The position numbers and the translations under genes were made by a program. A stretch of DNA of 63,546 nucleotides, counting the filler, from Chiloscyllium plagiosum (Eukaryota), in the NCBI RefSeq assembly GCF_004010195.1. It is 4 parts of one record of this genome, joined end to end, with 100 filler letters (N's around TTAATTAATTAA, not from the genome) between each part and the next. Parts side by side here need not be neighbours in the genome. Positions count along the whole stretch, not along the records: positions 1 to 17,373 come from NC_057710.1; 3 more parts are not named here. The stretch is one strand, 5' to 3'. Below are positions 1 to 12,425 of the stretch, one piece after another. The notes under the pieces are model-generated. The model worked only from the letters and a program-made list of their open reading frames with translations. It searched no databases and was not told the origin of the DNA. The first letter of the stretch is position 1, and each line of letters opens with the position of its first letter.

Positions 1-476
1 CTATAGGAAGGATGTGGAAGCTTTGGAGAGGGTGCAGAGAAGATTTTCCAGGATGTTGCCTGGAATGGAGAGGAAGTCGTACGAGGATAGGTTGAGAGTT
101 CTCGGCCTTTTCTCGTTGGAACGGCGAAGGATGAGGGGTGACTTGATAGAGGTTTATAAGATGATCAGAGGAATAGATAGAGTAGACAGTCAGAAACTTT
201 TTCCCCGGGTACAACAGAGTGTTACAAGGGGACATAAATTTAAGGTGAAGGGTGGAAGGTATAGGGGAGATGTCAGGGGTGGGTTCTTTACCCAGAGAGT
301 GGTGGGGGCATGGAATGCGCTGCCCGTGGGAGTAGTAGAGTCGGAATCATTGGCGACCTTTAAGCGACATTTGGATAGCTACATGGATGGGTACTTAATC
401 TAGGTTAGAAGTTCGGCACAACATCGTGGGCCGAAGGGCCTGTTCTGTGCTGTATTGTTCTATGTTCTATGTTCTA
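1..476 (+). mobile_element. CR1-type LINE 3' end (ORF2 C-terminus, 3' UTR and TTCTATG-type tail)
   Basis: ORF 14-403 (LERVQRRF..LGLFSLERRR.RGDLIEVYK..FFTQRVVGAWNALP) is the CR1 ORF2 C-terminus. It ends in gggccgaagggcctgt followed by a ttctatg repeat tail. Confidence 0.9.
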
Positions 477-1077
477 AATTGTGCTTCTCGAGAGTTAAGA
501 GTTGTTAACTAAAGAGTCTAATCATACATGCCACTGGCTTAACAGCATGGTTGTTGAGCACTAATTCCTTCTTCAGAGCCTTAGAAGGGGGCTTGTGGGA
601 GCTGTTAGGGAGGTGGAGTTTATAGGTCAGGAGGGGACATTTTGATTCTGGGTGAAATGGAGAAGTTTTGGGGGAGATGGGGATATATGGGCTGAGGAGA
701 GGTTGTGGGGGGGAAGAGAGGTCATTGGGAAAAGGGGTTGGGTAGGTTGGGGCATGAGGAGGGAGCATTCAAGGGAAGTAGGGTGTCAGAGGATGTGGTG
801 AAAGTGTTAGTGAAGGAGTCAGGAGAGTTGGAGGGCAGGGAATGAAGGGAGACAGGCATCAGTCAAGGCAAACAGTTTGCTCCAAAGTGGTACAGACTGA
901 GGCAGATTGTCAGCCCCTGCAAAAAACATGTGTGACTGTTTTAATCTTCAGTGCATGACCATGTTTTTTATACCCACAGGACTGATGTGAAACAATGTTG
1001 AATGAGGTAACTTAAAACGGGGATTTACTGTATTCCCGTTTTCAAAAACTACAATGTTAAGCATAAATCCTAAATAA

Positions 1078-1195
1078 GGGCCTGTTGTAGTGCAGTGGTA
1101 GAATCCCTACCTTGGAGCCATCAGACCCAGGTTCAAGTCTGACTTGCTCCGGCAGTGTATCATAATATCTCCCAACTTGGGAATTAGAAAATATC
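1078..1195 (+). mobile_element. Short degenerate tRNA-derived SINE fragment
   Basis: A-box-like tagtgcagtgg and B-box-like ggttcaagtc. Similar pieces lie on the minus strand near 2625-2725 and 56320-56410. Confidence 0.45.
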
Positions 1196-1252
1196 TAAAA
1201 TCCAAATAAAAATGCAATGTTTTAAGATAAGAATCACAGCAAATATACTTAC

Positions 1253-1430
1253 TTTTTGGAGCTAAACATTCAAGTTTGTGTTCCAAAATGTCTGCAAGAT
1301 CATTGTATTCTTTGTTCCGTAGTGCGTTTATCAATTCCCTTTCCCAATTCCGCCGTCTTCTAACAAAATCCAAAAAAAGAGGTACAGCTGCCTCATTTCC
1401 TTCATATTTGGCTTCGGCTCGTATTTTCTC
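1253..1430 (-). CDS. MAVS: MAVS second coding exon, C-terminal part of the CARD
   Basis: Acceptor ttgtttag|GAG and donor AAAA|gtaagt; 178 nt, phase 0 to phase 1. Translates as EKIRAEAKYEGNEAAVPLFLDFVRRRRNWERELINALRNKEYNDLADILEHKLECLAPK, colinear with human MAVS from residue 40 (GN, RRxxW, IxALR, DLAD). Confidence 0.93.
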
Positions 1431-1752
1431 CTAAACAAGTGAAAGGAGAGCTCGTTGTTTGAAATGTATGGTTCAGGAGAGAGTTTGGAAAATCATCCTT
1501 TATTTTCCATCCCACTATGAGAAATCCTCAAATTTTCATCTATATTCTCACCTTTATTCTTTAAGTTGCACAGCTTTTCATCCTCCGTTGTATGCATTTC
1601 CTTTTACTTTCTTTCCATCACCACACTGCCACTCTTTTTATTTCAAAAGAACAATTTCTATTAAAGATTTGGAGATGCCGGTGTTGAACTGGGGTGTACA
1701 AAGTTAAAAATCTCACAACACCAGATTATAGTCCAACAGGTTTAATTGGAAG

Positions 1753-1787
1753 CACTAGCTTTCAGAGCGCTGCTCCTTCATCAGGTG
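1753..1787 (-). ncRNA. Minimal type I hammerhead ribozyme motif (family A), sense to MAVS pre-mRNA
   Basis: cac-CUGAUGA-A-GGAGC agc GCUCU-GAA-AGCU-A-gug: 3-bp stem I, conserved core, 5-bp stem II, palindromic stem III (AGCU) and a CUA cleavage triplet. Confidence 0.65.
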
Positions 1788-1856
1788 GTTGTGGAGGACA
1801 CAATTGTAAGATACAATTCCATAAATTCTGTATCTTATAATTGTATCCTCCACAAC

Positions 1857-1891
1857 CACCTGATGAAGGAGCAGCGCTCTGAAAGCTAGTG
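1857..1891 (+). ncRNA. Minimal type I hammerhead ribozyme motif (family A)
   Basis: cacCTGATGAaggagcagcgctctGAAAGCTAgtg, the exact inverted copy of 1753-1787. Confidence 0.65.
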
Positions 1892-3258
1892 CTTCCTGTT
1901 GGACTATAACCTGTGGTTGTGTGATTTTTAAAATTTCTATTAAGCAACTTTTAAGTTGTACCACTCAAACTCATCAAATGAGGATGCCATTCAGCAGGTT
2001 GGTAACTCCACAAAGGTTTGGATAAAAGGTGAGTGGGTGGGGGTTGTGATAGGTTGGACCATAGGGAATTTGAAAATAACACAGTGAAGTGATTTGGCAG
2101 AAGTGCTTTTCCCAGTGCAGGATGCAGAAGCTGCAGGGAGTCTCCCTGTCTTAATGAAGTGAAAGTGTGAATAAATCAAATGCAATAATTTAATATTTCT
2201 TACATTCCAATCAGAGGCAAGTTACATAGGGGTGGAAATTGAAGCTCAAGACCATCTTCCAGCTAGAAATAGGTGACAAACCTTCCATTTCCAGCAGCCT
2301 CCAGCACAAATTTACTACCTGCCATGGATGATTCTAGCCTTTGAAGATCAACAGCTAGCGGCCAGACAGATGAGATACCTCCTTGGTGCCCCAGTATTAG
2401 CCTCTGCTCTTGGCCTCCAGGGTGAGTGGGACAGGATCACTGCAGCCAGTTGAGCTGGTTCTAGGGACAGGGAAAGAGGAATTGTGGACAGCATTGAAGG
2501 GGAAATCCCAGTGGAAGTAGGAGTCCTTGCTGCTGGGGCATAGGGTGCCTGATCAGGTGCCCTGCCCTACAATTAATTCTGCAGGACAGACCACAACATT
2601 ATTCCTCAATAGTAGAATAGATATTTTTTAATCAACCTGTGCAGAGATGACATTGCACCCCCTGAAACAAATGGAATTTGAATCCTAACCTCCTGACTCA
2701 GAAGTACTACTACATGCTATAAGAGCTTTGCACTGGAATAATGCTAATATTTTCAGGACAAAGTCCTTGAGTTACCTTTTATTGACTGCTGAAGGGCCTC
2801 AAATCAGTCTCAAAGTGGGGATGGCTCCCTCAACTTGCCTGAGTGCAACTAAATCAAGGGATCAAGAATGCCACAGGCATCCCATCTCATGGCCTGCTGT
2901 CCAATGATACAACCTTCCTGCTTTCCACCCCATTCCTGCCTTTTGGATGGGGAGGGCATTAGGGTGAGGGGAGGAACTGGAATTTTAAATCCACCTGTAA
3001 TGTTTTTAAATCATGCCTTGTGAAACTGTTATTGTATGATCAAAGTAAGTCTTCAAATTCCAGCTCTCATACTTCCACAAACAAAACAATTGCTCTAAGC
3101 ACAGCTAAGCAAACACTTTTTAATATAACAAGGGTAAAAGTTACATTTTCTATATTAAGAAGTTTGGATAAAGCAATGTTGAACTAACAAAACTGATATT
3201 ATCTTAGATCCAAATAAATGTGCAGCAAAACCTTCTTTTGCAATAGAAGTGAAGTTAC

Positions 3259-3375
3259 CTGGTCCATCTGAGTAAGGCAAGGAAGATGTGGTAACAATTC
3301 CACTGTGTTAATTTTTAAAAACTCTGTCATTCTCCCTCTTATGTACTTGTACAGTTCATCACTCACATACGACAT
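3259..3375 (-). CDS. MAVS: MAVS first coding exon, N-terminal part of the CARD (exon extends to 3393 with 18 nt of 5' UTR)
   Basis: Acceptor ttttcttttaag| at 3394/3393, ATG at 3375, donor CAG|gtaac at 3259/3258. Translates as MSYVSDELYKYIRGRMTEFLKINTVELLPHLPCLTQMDQ (39 aa) versus human [39 protein letters not shown]. Splices in frame to 1430. Confidence 0.95.
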
Positions 3376-3464
3376 CGTGATTGGTTTTTAAACCTTAAAA
3401 GAAAACAGTACAGTTTAAAAGGATTATCCCTTGGTCCTTAACTCCTAATGCGAAATAAAACTAC

Positions 3465-4120
3465 AGGTAGATAGGATAGTGAAGGTGGCGTTTGGTATGC
3501 TTTCCTTTATTGGTCAGAGTATTGAGTACAGGAGTTGGGAGGTCATGTTGCAGCAGCTGTATAGGACATTGATTAGGCCACATTGGAATATTGCGTGCAA
3601 TTCTGGTCTCCTTCCTATCGGAAGGATGTTGTGAAACTTGAAAGGGTTCAGAAAAGATTTACAAGGATATTTCCAGGGTTGGAGGATTTGAGCTATAGGG
3701 AGAGGCTGAACAGGCTGGGGCTGTTTTCCCTGGAGCATCGGAGGCTGAGGGGTGACCTTATAGAGGTTTATAAAATCATGAGGGGCATGGATAGGATAAA
3801 CAGACAAAATCTTTTGCCTGGGGTAGAGGTGTCTGGAACTAGAGGGCATAGGTTTAAGGTGAGAGGGGAAAGATGTAAAAGGGACGTAAGGGCAACTTCT
3901 TCACGTAGAGAGTGGTGTGTGTATGAAATGAGCTGCCAGAGGAAGTGATGGAATTTGGTACAATTACAGTATTTAAAAAGCATCTGGATGTGTATACGAA
4001 TAGGAAGAGTTTAGAGGGATATAGCCAAATGCTGGCAAATGGGACTAAATTAGATTTGAATATCTGGTCGGCATGGACGAGTTGGACCAAAGGGTCTGTT
4101 TCCCTCTATGACTCCATAAA
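3465..4120 (+). mobile_element. 5'-truncated CR1/HER1-type LINE
   Basis: ORF 3583-3948 (EYCVQFWSP..LERVQKRFTR..RGDLIEVYK), with a 3' tail ctctatgactc. Confidence 0.9.
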
Positions 4121-4868
4121 TCATGACTGCAGATCATGCAAGGCAGATCAGCCTCAAAAACAAAGCAGCACCAAGTCCTGTAAGTTTTTATTATGTGCAT
4201 TTGAATTGAGAATCATGATATCAGACCTGACACCAAACTCTTAATTTATCAGGGTCAGCTCTCTCTACTCTTCACTCTCATGCTGAAGCTTGGGTAATTT
4301 ATAAATCCTATATCAAGTCCAAAATCATCAATACTGCCTCACAGTGACCTTGTAAATTAAGTGAGAGAAAATAAAATAATAATGTTAAGCATCGTGTGAG
4401 GATATCTCACATTAGCTGAGATGGACACTTTGTCTAAACTGTTTGAATGGTTCTCTACTTAAAACTATGCCAGGGCGTCCATACACACAAAAGTCAAAGA
4501 AAATGCTGCAAAGCCAATTTCAAAGCCTCAATGAAAGTCTGCTCTGCGAAAATTAACACATGGGAAGTGCATGACCAATTACAGCAAAAATGGTGTCAAG
4601 ATCTCCTAACAACAGGAGTAGCCACTCTGTTAGGAAGAGAGAGGGTAGATGGTAGAGCTAACAATCCAGTGCCTTGACTGGCTGACAACTGATATCTTCA
4701 CTGAGAGAATGCAAGCCTAAGATGAGGCTCACAAGCCACTCTGTGAATGACACAAACATTGACACCTCACTTCCAGCCGACCAGCCCCAAGAAAGAACTG
4801 TTCTCCACAGATTGTTCAACATGATGATGCATGTTAATATCTGAAATTACAGAAAACTTCCAACTAGT

Positions 4869-5237
4869 CAGATTACTTCCAATCTTACATCAATGCTGGG
4901 AGCAGATTTTTGCATATTTTTCTCAAAATAGAAGAACAAGAATAGGCTATTTGGATCTTCAATCAGATCTTGGCTGATCATATACCCATCTTTGCCCTAT
5001 ATCTCTTGGTATATTTGATAATTAAATCCACCTCAATTGTAAAATGTAATATCTGATGTGGCATCAGTCTTCCACCACTCTATGCGAGACAGATTACTTC
5101 CAATCTTACATCAATGCTGGGAGCAGATTTTTGCATATCTTTGCCCTATATCTCTTAGTATATTTGATAATTAAATCCACCTCAATTGTAAAATGTAATA
5201 TCTGATGTGGCATCAGTCTTCCACCACTCTATGCGAG
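4869..5237 (+). repeat. Tandem duplication; the second copy is internally deleted
   Basis: 4869-5089 is repeated at 5090-5237 without about 70 bp (about 4918-4987). The shared parts are nearly identical. Confidence 0.9.
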
Positions 5238-5879
5238 AAAAAAGTCTTTCCTGGTTTCACTGTGTAAAGTATGGTTCTAATTTTTTGACTGTACCTAGGT
5301 TCCCCAACAGGCAGAGGCAGGATTCCCTCAATGTTGTACAGAGGTAAAACGTATTTCCCAAAATCAGTTCTGCTGGAAATATAAGTACGATCTCAGCTAC
5401 TGGCAGGAATAACAAGATCATTCTGTATGACAACTGAAAAATCAAGTGCAGCCTCTCTACTCTTTGTTCTTTCTTCCCAAAGATCACATCAATTCATTTT
5501 GATGAGAAGCAACCTCTGAACAAACTTACCAATGCAAATAAAACCTTGAATTTTTACCGAACATCCAATAATGCTGCTCAATTTCAATTAGAGTTTGCAT
5601 ATATTTTGGAAGTAAAAACATAATAGATTGTATATAGAAGAAAGAAATGGTAGTTTAATATGCCTTTCCAAACATTGAAGACCATCCTGGAGAAAGCAAG
5701 TTGCATGCTGTAAGCCAAGAACTAAGCAGGAAGATTTGACAAGCCCCTCCTTCTACTCGACATTCACAATTACTGGACTGAATTTTATTTGATAGTCCCA
5801 CATTGTGGGAGGTCACTGGTATTTGCAAAGATGTTTTAACTTAATGACAGTAGGAGAACATTTAGGAGAGCAATGATAT

Positions 5880-7030
5880 CATCTTGGCTAGAGAAAATGG
5901 ATAATAAGCAAACCAATGTAAGAATAATTAATTTGGAGAAAATCCAGTTCAATAGGGTAAGAACGGACCTGTGCCAAATAAATTGAAATCAAAGAATTAC
6001 AGGCAAAACAGCAACTAAACAACAGGCTGCCTTTAAAGAAGAGATAGGTCAGGCACAGTGTAAGTTTATTCTCATGAACTTTAGGAAATGGACAGCAATC
6101 AAATTTATAGCTCCTTGGATGACAGAAGAGATAGAGACTAATCTGAAGCAGATAAATGAGTATTCTTGAGAGGTGGTAGATAAATAATACAATTGACAAA
6201 TCAAATTCAATATAAAAAGGTTCAGAGAGGAATTGAGAAAGCAAGCAACATAAACAGAGGATTGAGAATGAAAAGAAACTGAGAGGTAAAAGGGGATCCA
6301 AAAGTTTGAGGATACAGAAAGAGGATTTACCTAGAAGCAAGGAACATGCCTGAAGTGCTAAACCAACACTTTACATCTGTTTGTACGAAGGAAGGTGATG
6401 CTGCCCAGAGGAATAAGATCAGACAATTTACAGGTTTAAGATTGATAAGAAGGAGATATTGGATACACTGTCTGTAGTTAAGGTTGATTCAACACTAAGA
6501 TGGATCCAATAATCGAGAGAAAGGAGGGGAAAAATTTCAGAGGCATATGTCATACTTTTCCAATCCTCCACAGATATTTGGGTGATGATAGAGGTCTAGA
6601 GAATTGCAAATGTTAAAACCTCATTCATAAAAGGTTGTAAATGTAAGCTTAACAATTAGAAGCCAGCCATTTTAATTTTTGTGGTGGAAATGCCTTTGTG
6701 ACAAAATTAATTGTCACTTGGAAAACGTAGACTGACGAATAACCTACAGTGTGATTTTGCAGAGCTTGCTGTTAGAATCCCTACTCTTTCTAATATATAT
6801 TAACGACCATGGCCTTGGTACACAAGGCACAGTTTTAAATTTGATGTATGAGTATAAAGCCATGAGTAGGCAGGGAGAAACTGTTCCCATTGGTGGAAGA
6901 ACTAAGAACTGGATGGTATAGAGTTAAGATAAGTGGGAAAAGAAACAATAATAATAGAAAACCTTTGTGCAGCGAGTGGTTACGATCTGGAATGTAAGGC
7001 TTGAGAATGTGGTAGAGGCAGATTCATTTA
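5880..7030 (+). mobile_element. Old, heavily decayed CR1 ORF2 remnant
   Basis: Degenerate matches to CR1 ORF2 segments seen elsewhere in the window (tagagaattgcaaatgtt, cagcgagtggttacgatctggaat). No open frame remains. Confidence 0.55.
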
Positions 7031-7312
7031 TCATTATCATCAGCAGAGGTGAACCATACATTGATTCCTGAGGCTTCAGCAACTACAGAAAAGGAAAAGA
7101 GTACTTGGGAAGCTGTCCACACTTCTCTCCAGCTCTCAGACTCTAAACTAAAGGATCTTCTGGGGAATCTGAGGACTGAAATAAGATGATAATTGCCAAG
7201 AATGTGAGGAAGAGGTCCACAGTCTCAGAACAAGCATGTAGCTGAGGGAGTGCTCAGCAAAGGCGTAGTCTGAAATACACTGCTATGTGACATTCAAGAG
7301 GACAAAAATGAT

Positions 7313-7435
7313 ATGAAGAAGGGCTCATGCCCGAAATGTCGATTCTCCTGTTCCCTGGATGCTGCCTGACCTGCTGCGCTGTTCCAGCAACACATTTTCA
7401 GCTCTGATCTGCAGCATCTGCAGACCTCACTTTCT
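7313..7435 (+). mobile_element. Penelope-type terminal repeat (family B) with a decayed hammerhead motif
   Basis: tgaagaagggctcatgcccgaaatgtcgattctcctg..gatgctgcctgacctgctg..catctgcagacctcactttctc matches 17545-17672. Confidence 0.75.
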
Positions 7436-8109
7436 CGACAAAAATGATATGTCTATCTGTCCTGTGGATCAGTCTGTGGCTGAGGCCAAGAGTTATTGAC
7501 AATGCTAGTGGTGCCTGCTCTTCACGTTCCTTATTAGTGTAAAGCTTCACCAGCTGCTGCCATGCTGCACTGAAGATTGACAGCAGTGGAAAGGACATCA
7601 AAATGAGTCACATCCATTACAGATGACTTGCAGCAAAGTGGAACTCACCTGTCAAGTAGCAAAAACGTACTCAAACAAACTGCAGTGGTCTGCAGCCTCT
7701 TGTCCAGGCAGGGTTGCAGTTATCTAATTTCACTGTTTAAAGGAACTCAGCCTGTTTTAATGAACAATGACTCCCTGCTTTGTCCAAACCTGGCTGACTG
7801 TAGAGTGCACTCAGTCTTGGGAAACCTGTGCACTAGCTGTTAATGCAGAATGCTAAGTCAATTGAGTACTTAAATATTGAAAAGTTACCCAACATCTCTG
7901 TGGTGCAAGAGAGGTGGCTGCCTACACATCCACATGGCAAGACTAAGATGTGGTCAGAATCCTGTTGGGTTCCTGACATGACCCAATTTTTCAGGCTATA
8001 ACCCCTGTCCACACCAGGACCAACTTTCCCATGACAGTCAAAACTCTTCCCAATATCTTTTAATATTACCATCAATTTGGAAGATCTTCCTCCCCAAAAG
8101 AATTGCCTT

Positions 8110-9095
8110 TGTTAAAATTACTTCATGGAATGTGAATATTACTGGTCAGGCCAACATTTATTGCCCATCCATAGTTACTCTTCAGTAAGTGGTCGTGACA
8201 TACCTTCTTGAACTGCTGCAGTTCATTTAGTGTAAGTCGACACAAAATGCTGTGAGGGAGGGAGTCCTAGGATTTTAACCCAGTAACACTGAGGGAATAG
8301 CAATATATTTCCAAGTTTGGATGGTGAATGGCTTGGAGTGGAACTTGGTTTTCCCATGTATGTGCTGCGCTGATCATGCTTGGTGGTAGGGATTATGGGC
8401 TTAGAAGATGCTATCTCAGGAGCTTTGATGAATTTTTACAGGACAACTTGTAAATGGTTCACACTGCTATAACTGAACATTGGTGATGGAGGATGTGAAT
8501 ATTTGTGGATATGGTGCCAATCAAGTGACTGCTTTGTCTTGGATGGGGTCAAGCTTCTTGAGGGTTGTTGGAGCTGCATTCATCCAGGTAGGTCGGGAGC
8601 AGTCCATGATATTTCTGACTTGTGCCTTGTAGACAGAGGACAGGCTTTTGGAGTTTGGAGGTGGGGGGGGGGGGGGGCAAAAGAGGGAGGAGGAGAAGAA
8701 AGGGACGGAGGAGAAGGAGGAGGAGGAGGAGGTCAGAAGTTGAGTTACCACGAGTTGCAGGATTTCTGGCATTTGACGTGCTCTTTAGCCACACTATTTG
8801 TATGGCTAGTTGAGTTCAGTGTCTGGTCAATGATAATCCCAAGGTGTTGGCATTTAGGAAATCAGTAATAGTCATGCCACTGAATGTCAAAGGATAAGAA
8901 TTGATTTGTTTTGGAGATGTTCACTGCATGACTCTGGTGTGGTGTGAATGTTTCTTGCCACTTGTTAGTCCAAGGCTATTATCCAGATCTTGTTGCATTT
9001 GGAAATAGCTGTTCCAGCATCTGAGAAGTCATGATTGTGGAATCATCAGCAAACAACCCAGCTTCTGACCATGATAAGGAAATGTCATTGATGAA
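8110..9095 (-). mobile_element. Second, older LINE family (CR1/L2-like RT C-terminus), interrupted by a G/GA-rich run at 8660-8732
   Basis: Minus-strand frame reads VYKAQVRNIMDC..WMNAAPTTLKKLDPIQDKA. The same family occurs at about 21420-22925 (+) and 35735-36360 (-). Confidence 0.7.
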
Positions 9096-9099
9096 GCCA

Positions 9100-12080
9100 T
9101 TAAAGATGTTTGAATCTTTTGGCCCCAACTCCTTTCCGTGGCAGTGAATTCCACAGGCTCACCACCCTCTGGGTTAAAAAAAAAAGTCTCCCCCATATCC
9201 TTAGACTGTGACCCTGGTTCTGGACTTTGTGGTCATTGGGAACATTGTTCTTAGAGTCATAGAGATGTACAGCACGGAAACAGATGCTTTGGTCCAACAC
9301 ATCCTTGCCAGCCAGATACCCTAACCCAATCTAATCCCATTTGCCAGCACTTGACCCATATCCCTCTAAACCCTTCCTCTTCATATACCCATCTAGACGC
9401 CTTTTAAATCTTGTATTTACCCTGTCAGAATTGTATAGGTTTCTATGAGATCATTCTTCTCAAATTCCAGTGAATATAGTCCTAAATTATCCAGTTTCTC
9501 TTCCTGTCAGTCTGGTAAAACTTTGTTGCACTCCCCGCATATACAGAACAGCCTTCCTGCGAGATGCTATCTGACTAACTTAACTGAGTTTTTTGAAATG
9601 GTGATTGCATATATTGATGACGGTAGTGTAGTTAATGTGGTTTATATGGACTTCTAGTATAACAAACAAGGACAGGACTTACACAGTTAATAGGAGGGCC
9701 CTGGGTAGTGTTTTTGAACAGAGAGACCGAGGGAATTCTTTGAAATTTGTGTCACATGTCAACAGGGTGGTTAAGGCAGCATTTAGCACTCTTGCCTTCA
9801 TTGCTCAGACCACTGAGTATTGGGAATTGGAATTTCATATTGAGGTTGTACAGGATGTTGGTGAGGCCACATTTGGAATATTCTGTACAGTTCTGGTAGA
9901 CATGTTGAAGGAAGGACATTATTAAATTGGAGAGGGTTCAGAGAAGATTTACTAGGATGTTTGAGTTATAGGGAAACGCTGGAGCGTAGGAAGTTAAGGG
10001 GTAACCTTAGAGGTTTAAAAATTATGAGTATAGATAAGGTGAATCGCAAAGGTTTTTTCCCTAGGATGGGGGAATTCAAAATGAGGAGCCATATTTTTAA
10101 GGTGAGAGGAGAAGGATTTAAAAAGGGATCTGAGGGGCAACTTTTTTCATATAGAGGGTGGTTTGAATGTGGAATGAACTTCCATGGGATGTGGTAGATG
10201 CAGATATAGTTACAAAATTTAAAAGAAATTTGGACAGGATACATGAATAGGAAAGGTTTAGAGGGCTTTGGGCCAAACACAGGCAAGTGGGAGTAGTTTA
10301 GTTTGGGAACTTGGTTGGTGGCAACAAATTGGACCAAAGGGCCTGTCTCCGTGCTACATGACTCTATGACATCAGTAAGGCTTTTGACAAGAACCCACAT
10401 GAAAGGCTGGCCCAAAAAGATAAGAGCCTATAGACTCCAAGGTAAGTTGGTAAACTGGATCCAAAACTGACTTATAAATAGGAGGCCAACAGTGATGGTG
10501 GAAGGTTGTTTTTTGTAATTGGAAGTCCACAATCAGCAATGTACCACAGGGATCGGTGCAGGGATTCTTGGTGTTAGGTATGTACATTACAACTTGGGTG
10601 TGAATACAGACAGGATAAGCTTGCAGATGACATGAAATTTGATAGTGTTATTGATCGTGAGGAGGATGGCTACAATCTGATATTGATCAACTGTAAATTG
10701 GGCAGAGCAATGGCACAAGAAATTTTCATCCTGGTAAGGTGATGCATTTTGCAAGGTCTAATAAAGGAAAGGACACAAAATAAGTAGATTCCTAGGGACT
10801 ACTGAGGAACAAAGGGATCTTGGTGTAAAACTCCATAAATCCCTGAAGGAGTCATTACAGATGACTGGTGGTGAAGAAGGCATATGAGATGGTTACCTTC
10901 ATTAGCTAGGGCGTAGAACATTGAAGCAACAAAGTCTTGTTACAACATTAGTTAGGCCATAGAATATCACATGCAATTCTGGTCACTACACAATCAAGAT
11001 GATACAACTGCACTGAAGAAGACGTAGAGGAGATTCACCAGGATGTTGCCTGTGATAGAAAGTCTCAGTTGTGAGAAGAGTTTGGATGGGCAGGATTTAT
11101 TTTCCCTGGAGCAGAGGGGAGAGTCTGATTGAGATATACCAAATTCGGAGAGGCACAGACAGGGTAGATGATAAACATGCCTGCCATGGTGAAGAGATGC
11201 TTATGATCAGAGAATGGAAATGGAAAGGAGGAGGAGCAGGTGTTTCAGGAGGTCTGAGAAAGTTTATTTCACCCAGAGTGGGAGAAATATGTAGAGTTAT
11301 GTAGCACAGAAACAGCCTCTTTGGCCAAACTTGTCTATGCCGACCAGAATACCTAAACTGAACTAGTCCCATTTGCCTGCATTTGGCCATATCCCTCTGA
11401 ACCTTTCCTATCCACATACCTGTCCAAATATCTTTTAAATGTTGTAATTGCAGTTTACTCCATACACATACTACCTTGAGAAAATGTTACTCCTCGGATC
11501 CCTCTCACCTTAAACCTTTGGATATATGACCTTGGATATTCACCCTGTGCTCCTTATGATTTTATAAACCAAACTAGAGTTACTCCTCAGCCTCCTATGC
11601 TCCAGGGAAGAAAGTCCCAGCCTATCCTTATAACCCAAACAGTCTTGGTAACATCTTTGTAAAAGTTTTTTTACAACCTTTCCAGGTTAATAACATCCTT
11701 CCTATAGAGGGTGATCATAATTGTACACAATATTTCAAATGTGGCCTAATCAACGTCATGCACAACCATAACATGGTATCCCGACCCCTACATTCAATGC
11801 TCTGACCGAAAAAGGCCAGCATGCTAAATGCCTTCTTCACCAGTCTGTCTACCTGGCACTTCCGAGGAACTAAGCACCTGCACGAAGGACTATGTAATGT
11901 GCTGCATGAGAGTGTGGTGGAGCCAGGTACTTACACAACAATTTAGAAGCAACAAGATGAGCACTTAAAATGACAGGAAATAGTAGGCCAATGACCAAAT
12001 GTAGATAAATGGGATTAGTGTAGTTGGGTATTTGTTGGGTAGCATAGACATGGTGGACTGAAGGAGGCTGAAACTGCACA
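9100..12080. mobile_element. Cluster of CR1 fragments in both orientations
   Basis: Approximate pieces: 9100-9530 (-), 9560-10370 (+), 10370-11290 (+), 11290-11870 (-), 11890-12080 (+). They carry RT motifs (YMDF, QGSV) and ctctatga-type tails. Confidence 0.8.
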
Positions 12081-12084
12081 CAAT

Positions 12085-12388
12085 ATGAAATCCCTATAGT
12101 GAAGAAGTAGGTCATTCAGCTCATCAAGTCCACACTGACCTTCCGAAGAGCATCCCACCCAGATCTGCCTCCCCCCACCCTTATCCTATCCCTGTAACTC
12201 TGCATTTCCTATGGCAATTCCACCTAGCCTGCACATCTTTGGACAGTGGGAGGAAACCAGAGCACCCAGAAGAAACCCACGCAGACACGAGGAGAACGTG
12301 CAAACTCCACCAGAGTCACCAGAGGGTGGAATTGAACCCGGGTCCGTGATGCTATGTGGCAGCAGTGCTAACCACTGAGCCACTGTGG
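12085..12388 (-). mobile_element. HE1-type V-SINE
   Basis: The reverse complement has the tRNA-like head gtggctcagtggttagcactgctg..gacccgggttcaattcc and the V-domain gtttgcacgttctc..gtgtctgcgtgggttt. Confidence 0.85.
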
Positions 12389-12425
12389 TGTTGTCCCTTG
12401 AAGTGGGCGTAATTCCAGGAGAGTA

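Larger units (their letters stand above)
1665..1931. mobile_element. Head-to-head inverted pair of Penelope-type terminal repeats (family A)
   Basis: Arms at about 1704-1815 and 1829-1931 are near reverse complements around a 13-nt loop. The same repeat recurs at about 14765-14887 (+), 21531-21672 (-) and 53058-53205 (+). Confidence 0.7.

Noticed and set aside
505..860. Pro-rich ORF 505-768 and G-rich strand bias
   Set aside because: Low-complexity intronic sequence with no convincing splice sites or similarity to the next MAVS exon; any G-quadruplex role is unsupported.
8503..8868. Gly-, Arg- and Pro-rich overlapping ORFs
   Set aside because: They arise from a G/GA simple-sequence run inside an old LINE.
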